The notes: generated by a model not told the origin, from the letters alone. Numbered from the stretch's first letter, positions 1 to 13,219 are shown. The stretch is DNA of 64,000 bases from Amphiscolops sp. MND2022 (GCA_964187785.1 OZ076416.1:60202001-60266000), one strand, 5' to 3'. Made by a program: numbers and translations.

Positions 1-192
1 AATGAAGTAGAATTTTTCACCTCTTGGATTTCTTGATAAGAAACTTGACTAAAACCTTGACAAAAATTTCAAGAATTTCATGATTTTTCAACGGTCCAAG
101 AATAATTCAATCTATCATCAATGGTTTCAAGAGGTAACGGGAAATTGCAGGAAAATCCAAGATCTTGGCAAATGTTTCAAGATATTTTACAC
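1..192. mobile_element. Remnant of CAAGATCTTG-rich MITE family, interrupted near its terminus by Gypsy A (last bases continue at 16223-16229)
   Basis: ccaagatcttggcaaatgtttcaagatattttacac (to 192) plus ctgggta (16223-16229) rebuilds the terminus ccaagatcttggcaagatattcaagatgttgaacgctgggta of the complete copy at 59105-59527. Confidence 0.65.
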
Positions 193-820
193 TGTAACGA
201 TCTTTCCGTATCTTTCAAAAAGACCAGCCAGCCGAATTAAAAGGCCATGAACATTTCAGAGCAAAAGGAGACCCGCAAAAGCAAGAATGAAAAGACTGCA
301 AACTGAGAAAGTGTGGAAAAGGACTCAAATTCGGTAAATACACGGACTCCTATCTCGACCGACGCTTTCATTAGCATGTTGCTACCGATTGTTGCAATTA
401 CTCAAAATGCATCTTGAAATTGTTTAAACAAGCATCTGTGATTGTGCCCCCTCTAACTATCGCCTTGCCATGTTGATTGAGCAGTGAAATACCAAATATC
501 TAGATGATATAGCTCGTGAGCTACTTTTTCACCGTGATACGGAAATAAATCTTTAACACCAGCTTTATTTTCAAAGGCTATCTGAGTGGTAGTTTCAATA
601 GAAAAGCGTAATTCACGCTACGGATAGCAATTAAATACTGGACAAGGTCGATGAGTACTCCACAGAGGAGGAATCCTCCTCTGACGGGACGATTTTTACC
701 CCGTAGGAGGGTGGCAAAATGGACCTACGGATATGGGGTCCTCTACCGGCAAACATCCAAATCGTAGGTTCCTCCATCTCATTGACGGAGCAGCCACAAT
801 TTTGAGAGCTTGTCGTTACA
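193..820 (+). repeat. 5' LTR of Gypsy A
   Basis: Starts TGTAACGATC, ends GAGCTTGTCGTTACA (8-bp terminal inverted repeat); aligns with 15539-16222 at roughly 80-85% with indels. Confidence 0.85.
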
Positions 821-836
821 TGGGGACAACATTTTA

Positions 837-853
837 TGGCGACCACAGAGGGA
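837..853 (+). promoter_or_regulatory. Primer-binding site, tRNA-Arg-like, 16 nt downstream of the LTR end
   Basis: TGGCGACCACAGAGGGA versus TGGCGACCACGAAGGGA, the complement of the metazoan tRNA-Arg(UCG) 3' end as I recall it (15/17); repeated at 8274-8290. Confidence 0.65.
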
Positions 854-1361
854 TCGCCTCGAAGTGCTTCCCTTAATGGCTTTAAAAGTGTTGACCCTCT
901 GGTGATAAACGCCAAGAACGACCAGAATCTGATGGAAGAAAGAAGAAGCAGAGTTTTTCAGAACAATTATCCTTTGAGGCTTTACGTCTTTCAAAAAAGA
1001 ACCGTTTATTGTAATGTTGACCATTTTTAGCAGGTACATGTTGTGATCCTCTTAACGGGATACTCAAAAACTGTCCAGCGAGCCGTATTTAGGCGACGGA
1101 ATGTGTTAACAGGTGTTTTGCAGCCTCTTTCATCGTTTCTGGCCAAGGGATCGAGTGTCATAGGGAGGACGAACCTTGCTCAGACGAACCTTACAATCTG
1201 CCAAATCGAATGTATACGACTCATCAACCCCATTTCTTTTGTAGACGACCTAAAGAGATGGAATTTGGTGGAATCGTAGTGCAAGCACTGACGTTTCCAA
1301 CTATGCAAACTGTTTGTCTTTGGCTGGCATGGATGAGGCAAAAGAGTGGGAAGAAAGTGCG

Positions 1362-2103
1362 ACTCTAAAATCTGGGTTCTTCGACTTTTCTGAGCTGATT
1401 TTTTTCAGTTGATATGGAAATTTTTTTGATGCACCATATCTTGTGTGCAATCGTTTGCAAGTGTCAATACGAGCCCTTGTGCAACTAAGTGTGTGCTTTG
1501 TGTACCAGTTTTGCACTGAAAAGAGCGGTTTTTCGTGTACTTTATGAAAAAAGTGCTGAATTTGGCTTCTTTGAGGCGAAACACCTGCATCAGCGTGCTA
1601 GCCACACCCCCGCCAAAAATAAACAACAGTAGCTCAAAATCCTTGTGCATTTGCAAAACAACCGTTTGAACGCTCAAAGTTGCCGATTGGAGCACTTACT
1701 GAAATATTTTGCGAGGAAAAAACGTTTTTGTGAAAATCAACCTGAGATTGGCAAGAATCAGCCCTAAGGATTGGTGTCTCAGATCCCTGAGCACTCCCAA
1801 AATTTTGTGATTATTTGGAGAGACACTTCAGGGCACGAGAACGCTAGAAATTTTGCACAACTTTGACTAGTATACCCTTTAAAATTTTCTCAGAAATCGT
1901 GTTATCAAACCCATTTTGAGGTACTTAGAGGTAAATTGTAAACCCTCTAATCAGTAACAGTTTTGTACATGCAAAAGCCTGAGGGCTACTATTTTCAATT
2001 ACTACATATACTTGAACGCCCAGACGCAAAAACTGCATCAAAAAATTCATTTTCTGTGTCGAGAAAACTTAAAAAATACATGGAAAAGACCCAGAATCTG
2101 AAT
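1362..2103. mobile_element. Possible MITE-like insertion in the Gypsy A leader
   Basis: Imperfect inverted ends actctaaaatctgggttcttc / gaaaagacccagaatctgaat; homology to the 8033 copy stops here; no TSD seen. Confidence 0.3.
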
Positions 2104-2985
2104 AATCCGGACTGTCTCAAAAGTACGATGGGGTCACCTAATTAGGAATCACATCCAAAAAACAGTTAACTGAATAATCACAACCGTCTCAGAAACGAAC
2201 GCTTGGCCACGAAATCTTGTGTGCGTATCACCCACCATTAGCTGCTTCTTCGATAATTTAGGGAAGCTCCCGAGCTTCACCTAGGCCTTTGACTCAGCAT
2301 TGTGAGTGCTTCCTGATACGAAGGAGGAATTTTCCCAATTAGCGATACGATCCTCACCGAGAAGTTTAACTAAACATGTTCATCAAAATACTATCTGGAT
2401 AACATCTCCAGTGACTTGCTAATATTCACAAACTTTCTCTAAACGATACATTCGAACATTATCTTTCCCTATTCCCAGTGCCCAACGTAACATCATTGAA
2501 CGGTAAAGCGAGCTTGTTAGCTCTACGCTATACAAAAAAAAATGAAAAACGTGGAAAACCTGTGATATCGAATCAATAATGGTACGTATGTCTAGTCGAT
2601 AACAAAATGCAACATTACTATCCTGTCATGAGTTTTATTGCTGTATCGCTTCTCTCGTATAGCAATACAGCAAGAGATCTCGAGGCGAATTTTCAGACGT
2701 TTCCGACACCACAACGTTGAGAACAAGACACTTAGGCGTTTTTCAAAAAAAAATTCGAAAACACAAAAAACGTTAAAAAAACATCTCTCTCGTGATTCGT
2801 TAACATTACCGGCCCCAATCGAAGGTTTTTTGATCCCACGCATCCGTACCAACACGATGTGCAAGTTTCGCGTGTCTACAAGCACTAGATCAAATTTCGA
2901 CTTTTTTGAGACGTGCTGAAACATTCATTTTTGTAATATCGCCAACATGTGGAAGTCGACAACCAAACAATTGAGTAAGAGTTGT

Positions 2986-5536
2986 ACATGGTGAGTCAAA
3001 TACTTGGGAGAAGGAGATCACTACGAAGCATCATAACGAGCCCGCGAAACCTGAACCGACCAGACTAGATGTCAGTATATCATCTGACTACACATCTGAT
3101 CCCAGGGAAGAAGACTGGCAAACAGATGACAGTTTTAAAGTCGCGTCCGTTTTTTCAGACCCATTGTCGGATACCCTATCTGAGGAATACCAAACAAAAG
3201 AAATGGCAACCAGAACTGTTGAAGTATCCTCTGATCAAGCAGAGAGCCAGACTCATACCTCGAAATTGCTGCAGGAACCACCCTGCAACAAAACCCCTTC
3301 CGAAGCGGACGATTCTAGGTCGTGGCCCAACTCCAATAGAACCAAAGGAGAAGCCGAAGATATGGAAGGAGCAGGCTGCTCGAACATATTGAATGCGCCA
3401 AAAACAATAAGCGTGACCAGTGATAGCACAGCAAACGTATTGCAGGAAATGGCTTTCGTGGGAGGCATGAACTATGCCAGGACGCGTTTGCTAGGCGATA
3501 CGGATCCCAAGGCTTCTGGAAAAAGGAAGAAGGTGCGAACTCCAATCCTAGTACCCCAACGGCAACAACAGGTTCGCATTTTGCCTCGTTTTCGGCATCA
3601 CCCTCATCCAAAGCGACGTTAGGACGATCTTCCGCGTACAGAGCTGTACACGAAGCAGCTGTGGCTCGCAAAACCTTATTAGAAGCACAGCTAGAAGCAG
3701 AAGGGCTGTTGCTCGAGTGTCTGAGGACAAAGCAGAGTGTGATCGTGAGCATCAAGTCATCGCAGAAAAAAATGAGGCTGTGCAAAATGAACTACGATTG
3801 TCGGCTGATAGACATGCACAGGGGAAGGACATTCAAGCTGCCCAGATGAATGCTATGGGTCACCGCGTAGAAGAAATGAAAGATCTTTTAATGCAACGTG
3901 AGCTTCGGATGGACTCTCGAATGCAAGAGATGTGTTTCCAAATTCAGACAATGGAAATCATATCGAAAAACAAACAACCCCAAACCGAGAACCTTGTCAC
4001 TAAAGACTCGGTACAAGGCACTGACATGTTACCACCCAATCCACCTACGGAAAATATGACCCTCAAATCAGGAGAACGATCAACAAACCTAACCAGTTTG
4101 TCAACCTCAAAACCAACTCCATCCGAACACCAGCAGAGTTCTTCCATCAACATACGCCGTATCTCAACGATGACAAAAGCAAACCAAGCTACAACGTGTT
4201 CTTGCAAAAAGGGTTCAGCGAATGACCCGTTAAGTATTGAAACATGTAGTATGGGTATTACTGATTCGCGAGCACCGTTATGCATTGATGCCACAATACA
4301 AATGACTATTACATTTCAGTCCGTCAATCCAACATTGGGAGAGCTGACCGAAGAAGTCCACACTTCGAACGAAGAATTGCCTCCGGGTAACCCATGCGCT
4401 AACATCACTGGACGGAAAGAAGTGCCAACTGTAGATGCTTCTGTCGAATCAGTTAAATCTACGAGGGGTAGCAGTCTCCTTCCACCTGCTGCCAACGAAT
4501 GTACCATTATCCCCGGAACGAATCGGATTTACTGAAGCTGTATCAAGGGCGGTGTCCAAAGAATTAGTATCATTGATAGCAAGTAGAGACGAAACCCGAG
4601 CCAGGCTACAGTGTCTACAAGCACAAAGGATGGCGCTGTAGATGGATGGCTCCTTCTATATACACGATTTCTTGAACGTGTACAATCTCTACGGAAATAG
4701 ACAAACCATGGGTCATAATTGGTCACTTGGATGGTGAAGCCAGAAAATACATAATTAACAAATCGGATCCAGAACGAAACAAACCAAAAAAGTCTTTACA
4801 CTTCTTGTCTGGCAGATTTGGAACTGAGGGCAATAGAAAGCATGTACGATAAACTTTCATGTCGCGTGTATAACAAGAGAAGGAAGACTGGATGCAATAC
4901 CTGGATGCCCTTGAAGACCTACGAACCCCGGGGTTCCCGGAAGAGCCTATCACAACCAGAAGTTATGAAAACCTGCAGCGATTTACTGATGGTGTTCGAG
5001 ACCCAGTACTACAACTAGAGCTAGCTGCCTTATATGCCGCAGAGAGTTACTTGACCGAACCACCCACTGTATAATCTGTACGATTCACGACGCGACAACT
5101 GCAAACACATCGACCCTCAACCACTAAACCCTTTGACCCCGATATTCTAAGAGGCCGCGGCCTCATCCTTTCGTACTTGTCAAATTGGTCCATCTTACAC
5201 ATGGAANNNNNNNNNNNNNNNNNNNNNNNNNNNNNNNNNNNNNNNNNNNNNNNNNNNNNNNNNNNNNNNNNNNNNNNNNNNNNNNNNNNNNNNNNNNNNN
5301 NNNNNNNNNNNNNNNNNNNNNNNNNNNNNNNNNNNNNNNNNAACAGGCAGCACACTCAACCTAGTGCTCCTTCCGAAAAACAATCGCCAGCACCTTCACA
5401 GCCAATGCGTGCCCCTCAAGGTGCATTCTTTAACTGTGGTCACCTGGATCAATTTGCCAGAGAATGTCCAGCCAAAGATCAAGTCAGAAAACCAATGACC
5501 CCTGTCGTCCTTGATGATCAAATGAGGACACTATAG
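2986..5536 (+). pseudogene. gag: Gypsy A gag, frameshifted, with a long Ser/Thr-rich N-terminal part and a degenerate CCHC knuckle
   Basis: ORF fragments 3164-3622, 3717-4535, 4818-5074, 5177-5536; GAFFNCGHLDQFARECP knuckle remnant near 5420-5470; start is approximate. Confidence 0.7.
5207..5341. other. Assembly gap (135 N)
   Basis: Run of N inside Gypsy A gag. Confidence 1.
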
Positions 5537-5539
5537 CCT

Positions 5540-8032
5540 CTCAGTGTACTGGCCCAAATATTCTGTGTGATTGTGGTAGGACTGAACACTTCACAATGTC
5601 AAAACTTAGCAGTGCAAGAAGACTTGGCCTACAGCATCTGGGATGAATCGACACCCACCTCTCTTACAACGAGTGATAATGAAATGGTCTCGATGTTGCA
5701 GCCAGCAGGAGCTGCCTACAGGGCGACACCTTTGACTACACGTGCAGAAAAGTTCAAATGCAAATAATCCCACAATCCACTAAATTTGACTCATTTTGAC
5801 GGGAGATAATGTAAATTCGTCTGCTATTAGCGATCGAACGAGAACAAGGTCCTGAATTGAACATGGTGTGGTATCATGCTTATGCGCAAGTAAGCAGCGA
5901 ATCATTAATTGCACCAGTAGCAAAAGCTCAAGATATTGTTTTGCAACCTTTCGAACGCACTATCCTACGTGCGAAACTACTAGCCGCCAATTTGGAACCT
6001 TTCATATTTTGAAATGTTTCAAGCAGTTTTCAAGCTCCAAATCGCATTCTAAAACATGCCAAAATTTTCGAAGACCGTGAATACAGTGGGAGGAACGGGT
6101 TTCCTTTACGTCAGTCTAGGGAATCTAGAAAGCAATGTACAAATGGTCAAAAAGGGAACTGCAGCACCAGTGGTTCTACACCATAAAGCAATTCCTCAAA
6201 GTGCCCCCGAGCAACAAACTTAACGGCAACCTGCTGCAAATTTTGTTTATGAAGTTCATGAACAGATGGATATAGATACTAACTATGAATATAGTTCTTC
6301 GTCTGAATTCGAGTTTTTAGCTTCCACAGATCCGTCGGGAATCGGTTTATTGGAGCGCGAAAGCAAAAAACGTACAGATCCGGTGCTCCAGTCCCCGATT
6401 CCTGGCCTCAAAGCGACACTCGACGTTTCGAAATTTATGGGGTTCTGCCGCGCGTGAAATACTCAAAAAACTATCGACCGATTTTGATGATCTTTTCATG
6501 AAACATAAAGCCAATATTGATAAATTCAAAATTGCAAAGCACCGCGTGGTGGTAGAGCTGTACCCCATCGCAAAGGTGCACGACGGATGTCCCTCGAACC
6601 TGTCCTAGCAGAACATGCAAACCAAGAAGGACACCTTGGTGTTGTGAACCAAGAAGTACACATGTTGGCACCGGGTATAATTCAACCTTCATTATCTCCC
6701 TGGGAAAGAGAAATTGTCATGGTCAAGAAGAAGAATATTGAATTACGTTACTGCTGTGACTTCCACCCCATAAACCAAGTGACTATCAAAAATCCATATC
6801 CACTGCTACGTGTCAATGAAAGCCTCTCACGATTGGGAAAAGCAAAGATCTACACTAGCATGGGCATTTTGGCCGATTCCAAAAAGAAAAACCGACTGTC
6901 AGAAGACTGCCTTTGCAAGTGAACTTGAACTCTTCGAATGGCGTCGCATGCCCTCTGGGATGTGCAATGCTTCTGCAACCTTCCAACGTTCTATAGCGCG
7001 AGCGCTACAAAAGATAGTCAACTGTGAAGGAAGCATAGTTATGGCATACAATGATGACATTGTTATAGCCACGGAAACGACCGAGGACCACATGTGACGA
7101 CTACGGGAGTTTTTCAATACTTATGTGAAGCAGGCTTCAAGAAGCGCGTTTCCAAATGTGACTTCATGAAGTCCGAAATCAAATATCTTGATCTAATAGG
7201 TTCAACCGAAGGTCTCAAACCAGACGCCAAAACTATCACAAAACTCTGCGACAGGAATACCTTCCGCAATAAGATTGAACTACAAAGTTTTCTGGAATTT
7301 GCAAACTGTTGTCGTGACTTCATTCTCTGGCACGCCAAACTAGTTGCTACTTTCTTGTGGGGAATGAGCAACAACATGCTTTCAAGGGAATCAAAGGTAC
7401 TAATTGAAGACACAGCTTTGACAAAGCCAGACTCTGAAGGAGAACTTGTCCTAGACACATACGCTAGCGGCGTGGTGATATCAGGTATTTTCAACAATGG
7501 CCAGGGCCCCTTGACAATTGGAAGCTGCGACCAATTGTGTTCGGTAGCAAGAAACTATTCCCTACCCAAGCCAAATAAAGTGCTCCAAACCTTGAGGTGT
7601 AAGCTGCATATTATTTCATCTTGAAGAATCACGGCTACTTATGTCCTCGGAAACTTACCTTGAGAGTAGAGAATCAGGACCTGGCCTGGTTGAAGACTTA
7701 CTCAAAAAACCAAACATTTATTGGCCGCTGGATCATTGCCCTAGAGAAGTACCACTTTAACATCGAGCATCGACAAAAAACGAAATATCGAAATACAGAC
7801 GGACTCAGCAAACGAACAAACAACTACAAGAAATACGAAGGACATTTGGAAGAATTACCCCCAGTTGCAGAGAAATGGAACTTGTTATCCCAAGAGGAGT
7901 ATGAGAAGCTCCCATTGGTGCCTTAGTTTGATGTTCAAGGACGAATAAACCCGAATCACACTGAATTGCCTTGCATCTCCGAAACTTTAATGAGAAACAC
8001 TCACAGATCACGCTAAAAGTGGCCCGTATCCG
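5540..8032 (+). pseudogene. pol: Gypsy A pol, protease region-RT-RNase H (decayed)
   Basis: PSLSPW..IVMVKKK..LRYCCDF, FEWRRMPSGMCNASATFQR, AYNDDIVI (YxDD-like), LDTYASGVVISG, LTLRVENQDLAWLKTY, HRQKTKYRNTDGLSKR; many stops and frameshifts; protease not clearly resolved. Confidence 0.9.
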
Positions 8033-8803
8033 CAATAGAAAAGCGTAATTCACGCTACGGATAGCAATTAAGAACTGGACCAGGTCGACGAGTATTCCAC
8101 AGAGGAGGAATCCTCCTCTGACGGGACGACTTTTACCCCGTAGGAGGGTGGCAAAATGGACCTACAGATATGGGGTCCTCTACCGTCAAACATCCAAATC
8201 GTAGGTTCCTCCATCTCATTGACGGAGCAGGCACAATTTTGAGAGCTTGTCGTTACATGGAGACAACATTTTATGGCGACCACAGAGGGATCGCCTCGAA
8301 GTGCTTCCCTTAATGGCTTTAAAAGTGTTGACCCTCTGGTGATAAACGCCAAGAACGACCAGAATCTGATGGAAGAAAGAAGAAGCAGAGTTTTTCAGAA
8401 CAATTATCCTTTGACGCTTTACGTCTTTCTAAAAAGAACCGTTTATTGTAATGTTGACAATTTTTAGCAAGTACATGTTGTGATCCTTTTAACGGGATAC
8501 TCAAAAAATTTCCAGCCTGCCGTATTTAGGCGACGGAACGTGTTAACAGGTGTTTTGCAGCCTCTTTCAGCGTTTCTGGCCATGTGATCGAGTGTCATAG
8601 GGAGGACGAACCTTGCTCAGACGAACCTTACAATCTGCCAAATCGAATGTATACGACTCATCAACCCCATTTCTTTTGTAGACGACCTAAAGAGAAGGAA
8701 TTTGGTGGAATCGTAGTGCAAGCACTGATGTTTCTAACTATGCAAACTGTTTGTCTTTGGCTGGTCTGGATGAGGAGAAAGAGTGGGAAGAAAGCGAATG
8801 CGA
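8033..8803 (+). repeat. Internal copy of Gypsy A LTR 3' part + PBS + leader (matches 596-1362) between RNase H and integrase
   Basis: Constant offset 7437 at the start (ORF pairs 631/8068, 836/8273); about 95% identity; contains the LTR end TCGTTACA at 8250-8257 and the PBS at 8274. Confidence 0.95.
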
Positions 8804-11066
8804 AACATTTCCTGAAAACGTGCGCGTTTTCGCAAAAACTACTACAAGCAGAAGAAAGATTTATCATTGATCAACACAAACGGAGTATTATGTGTCAAGT
8901 ACCCAAAAAGTCGAAGTGCCTTACACACACACCCTTGCATGATCGTAATGCCTCAATTGTATCAACACGAGATCTTCTCCATAACTCACGATGTCATGGG
9001 TCACCAAGGCCTTGCCAAATTGCTGGAAAGGATTCAGAAACGTTACACTTGGTCTGCTATCCGCAAGACCGTGGGACGTCAACCAGTGCCTAACTTCCCA
9101 TTAGGTGCGTGACAAGCACGGCAACGTGCCATTCCATTTAAAATCATCCAAAGTGGATATTGTATTGAGTTGGTGCAATATAATCACATGAAACTCTGCC
9201 CTCTGACAATCGCAACACAGATATTCTAGTCACAATCGACCATTTTTCGAAGTTTGCAAAAGCAATCCTCTGCAACCGTGGAGAATATGACGCCGCAACA
9301 ACTTTGAAATTACTCCTGCAAAAATGGTTTGCCCGTCTCGGCACACCCACCAGAATGCAATCAGACAATGCTCCCAACTCAACTGCTGAAGTATCCAACG
9401 ATTTCATGAGAGCATCGCAAGTTACGAAAGTAACCTCGACGGCTGGACATCCGAGAACTCGAGGACTGGTCGAACTACTGAATCGTACCTTGTTGAATTC
9501 TGCTCACGTCGAATAAAAGACTTCGGGATCAACAGTTGGAAGAAGTAATGGGTGCGTATAACTCTAAGCGTCATGCCACTACAGGATTCTCACCCTACAT
9601 GTTAACCAGAGGAACGGAGAAGGCAATATCGATCAACTACTTATATCCAGAATTCACCACAATATCATTTGGATCACACGAAGAATATGTAGATCATATT
9701 ATTGCCAGGCAATAAGAAATCCACGATCTGGTACGAAGCAACAAGCACGAAGTAAAACAGTGCCAGAATTTAACAGGCGAACCTGTATGGGTATTCTGTT
9801 GTTACATTCCTCAGAAGGGAACATCTAAATTGTTGAGAGCATCGCGTGGTCCTCACAAATCGGCACAAGTGCTACAAGAAAGACGTGTCTACATCCTCGA
9901 TTCAGGACGGAAAGTGCAATTTGAACGATTAAACCCACCTTACGGTGGATCAACAGAATGGGTCACAGTGCCAACAAACAATGGTGATATAGTCGTGATG
10001 ATGGACCCAGACCCTGAACAATCCCTTGAAGTAATACCTGATGATGTTTGGCAACCATCCTATCGTTAGGAAGAACCTCTTTCTTGAGCGAATAACACCT
10101 CACTACTCCCTCGACAAAGACACTGGATGGATACCAGTCTCCGTACACGAGTGCGTGCAGGCGGAAGAAGTCTTTACTATCAACAATTTGATTCTTCAAC
10201 TGAAACAGATGATGGATCATCAAATATCCTCCTCTCCAGCGTACAAATGGAAACAAGTGAAATGATGGCCTTAGCTATCCCATCTAAATTCCCGACAGCC
10301 CCATTATACGAACTGCCACTATCGCCGCCGTCCAACGAAGGTATTATCTTCTCTGAACATAGTTCACCGCCCATACTTTCAACCGCAGAAGCCGAAACTT
10401 ATCTAGCAGGTATCTCAGCTCCGCTACGGACCAGATACAGATACTATTTCACCAGATACATACCCAGATGCTATCCAACCAACCACGTTAAATCCTGCAA
10501 GTGCCCCCGAAGCGGAAATATAGAGGACATCGATCTGGAACTACAACTGTCGCTTGTGGTGGAATAAAGCAAATCAAGCGTAGGAGCGTACGAAAAGGGG
10601 ACGTCCCCGCGGCTGCCCATCTAATGTCACGTGCAATAGGCCTCGACTTCCCGTCCATCGACCCCACCACCAGCACCCGATTCAGGCCCAGTGCTGTTGT
10701 AACTACCGATCAGGAATCTCCCGCGCCACCTGTCAATACAAGTTATCGCTTGCGGCGTGACAGAGTTCGCGCTATCGTTGCAGAACTTGTGGCTTGAGAG
10801 ACTGTACATGCAATCATCCGGTTCAACCGGAATCACCAAATAAACCCTGATTATGATCGACAAAAGCAATGCACGCTCCATGAACTTAATTCGTCGTTTA
10901 GCTTGACATCATTGGCTGAGTCAGAAGTGGCCAAGGCTACCTGTCCTCGATTCAAAGAATGAAACCACGATCATCAAGGCTTGGAATTTACGCTGCCAAT
11001 CATTATTCCACATGTACGCCCGAACATCGCTTTTGGACCTTTCAATAACGAGAGAGAACCAGTTAA
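8804..11066 (+). pseudogene. Gypsy A integrase with a long C-terminal extension (decayed)
   Basis: HDVMGHQG (HHCC part), DHFSKFAKA, MQSDNAPN, GHPRTRGLVELLNRTL (DDE core), RGPHK..QVLQERRVYIL (GPY/F-like); acidic Ser/Pro-rich tail and RCRTCGLRDCTC Cys cluster near 10770-10805; end is approximate. Confidence 0.85.
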
Positions 11067-11067
11067 A

Positions 11068-12267
11068 ATGGTACGTTGTGATACCGCTGACGTAACCTTC
11101 TACCTGTTTTGTTTTGTAACTGATTATCAATGTTTTGGCTGATTGACCCCTATCTCTACCTTTTCAGACCAATTGGAATCCTTAGTTATGAATCCTGACT
11201 ATCGCCATGACAACATTCGCTCGCATTCGTACTCTGATTCACCAAATATGGGACAACAAATCTATGACACAACAAGTGTACATCCTATCTCGCAGACTGA
11301 TTTTGTGCGCGACCGCCTGGCTAATGGTATATCTTCTGCCACAGTTACTAGCTTGGAAGCTATGCTTACGAAAATGGAAACGCATATCCAGGCACCGTTG
11401 TTGTCCGTAACTCTCACTTCAGCCTTTCCTGGTTTCCAACGTTCAATGACTTTCCAGAATGGAACCAGGTCTGATCACGATCTGACGCATCATTCTCACG
11501 ATGATGGTGCATCCATTCTATACGGCTCCGCGAGCGGAGTTGAACAGCAGAAACGCCCTTTGCGCTTCTATTACCAATGTTAATTCCCCGTCTGACCAAC
11601 CAATACACTCACTCTACGGTGCATCAGAGCGCAGCCGTTCACATTCATGCACCTCAACGTCTTCTCAAACAGGGGGAGGGAGCTCCGTCCGGCATCCCGG
11701 AAACGCGAAGACTGTTCCCTATCCCGAACCGTCACTACTACGGAATCCCAACATGCGAGGAACAGCCCGTCGAGTAGCCCACTACCTGGCAAGAAGGTGT
11801 CAAATAAAAAGCTGGCACCCACAAGCAAGCTGAGCCAAGTAAAACCAGTGGTGTCGGAAGCATTCCCGACTTCCACCACCTCCAGTGCATCAGCTACCGG
11901 AACCATCAAGACAGCCAGCTCCAAAACAACAAACCTCATCGCGAGAATCATTTTCTAAACGACCAACATCTCTCCAACTATCATCGCGGCAAGCGCAGTC
12001 ATCCTCTTTTGGATATCAAGGCGTAATACATTCTCAACGAACTGTAAACGAGTACTCAGATGTGAAAGTGAAGAATAGTGGTCCAATAGGCACCCCACTA
12101 AGAAAGCAGGCTATTCAAGTTCAAGGAAAACGAATTTCACTAAGCTACCAACTTGTCTACCACCAATGCAAAACGCGAAGGGCACATTGGTGATAAGAGA
12201 TGCAAGACGGATTTGGGAGGTAGCCGTGATAATCACCCCTGATTGGCTCTACGAAACGAAGATATGA
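11068..12267 (+). pseudogene. Gypsy A accessory ORF2 (MVRCDT...WLYETKI*), unknown function, ~400 codons, interrupted
   Basis: ATG at 11068 in frame with ORF 11143-11583 across one TGA; continues through frameshifted ORF-track pieces to TGA at 12265-12267. Confidence 0.5.
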
Positions 12268-13201
12268 ACTCCAAATGATGATGAACACGCAGCAAAGAAA
12301 AAGATGACGGTCTCATTCCCATCGAGATCGTACTTTCCGACGTATTTGTCATGATGTTACCACTGTTCAGAAACCCAGAGATAGCAGAAAGTCTAGTGGC
12401 ATTGTTCGATTTGAAGATGACAGGATCATACCGAAAACCTCCTCCCAAAAAGGTTGCCATTACCTATGTGCTTGACCATCTGACATGTGAAGGACTCATG
12501 ACTAGACTGTCCGAAATACAACAGCGGAATCCAGGAACCGCATAAAGAACAGTGTTCCTGAACGCAGCCATCAATCTAGCGGGAACAATGGAAAAATTTC
12601 AACGAATATTAAAGGAGAAATTACAGACGCCATCGATTTTCGTGTCTCACCTATTTTCAACCAATGCCACACTTCACTACAGCTCTTCTTCGTCTATCTG
12701 GTTACGGAATTTTGCCAATGCAGAGTGGTACACTTTGTCATCAGTGCTCCAAATACGCGAGTAAAGAGCGTAGACTTCCGTCCCTCCTGGCTATCGTACA
12801 TGGAACACAAAGCTTCAGTGTCTAAGATTCTGCAATCTGTTGAAAGACGGCGAACACGCAGCTAACATTGGACGACACAGTATCAACAACTGGATAGAGC
12901 GTGCGCGCTCCACCAGTGAAAAGATATCTATGAAGACTGTACTGACAGAAAATACCGCACAAATGGCAAAAGTGTCTGAAGTTCGCGAAGTCGAGTGAGC
13001 GATACCCATGGTACAGTTTGAACCAGACTTTTGTCTGACGAAATTATTGCTTGGGATGAATTACATCACCGCAAACCTCACCTGCGGAACAGGATCGCAG
13101 CCTGCAACAGCACGTATGACAATTGGGATCAGGGATTGTCGTCAACAACAACAGCGGACGTGGCAAAAGATCCGAACTTGACAACGGACCAGTTGGCATA
13201 G
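12264..13201 (+). pseudogene. Gypsy A accessory ORF3 (MNS...DDGLIPIEIVLSDVFVMMLPLF...TDQLA*), unknown function, interrupted
   Basis: ATG at 12264 is in the same frame as ORFs 12351-12545 and 12552-12764; local indels and stops must be bridged. Confidence 0.5.
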
Positions 13202-13219
13202 GTCTCGGTTGGAGCCCAG

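Noticed and set aside
8542-8613. AlkB/2OG-Fe(II)-like motif VNRCFAASFSVSGHVIECHREDEP (also at 1105-1176) with spacing like NxCLxNxY..G..IxxHxDDEP
   Set aside because: It lies in the leader just after the PBS, has HxE instead of HxD, has an in-frame stop just upstream, and lacks the distal His and RxNxTxR motifs. Probably chance; an HMM search of the family consensus would settle it.
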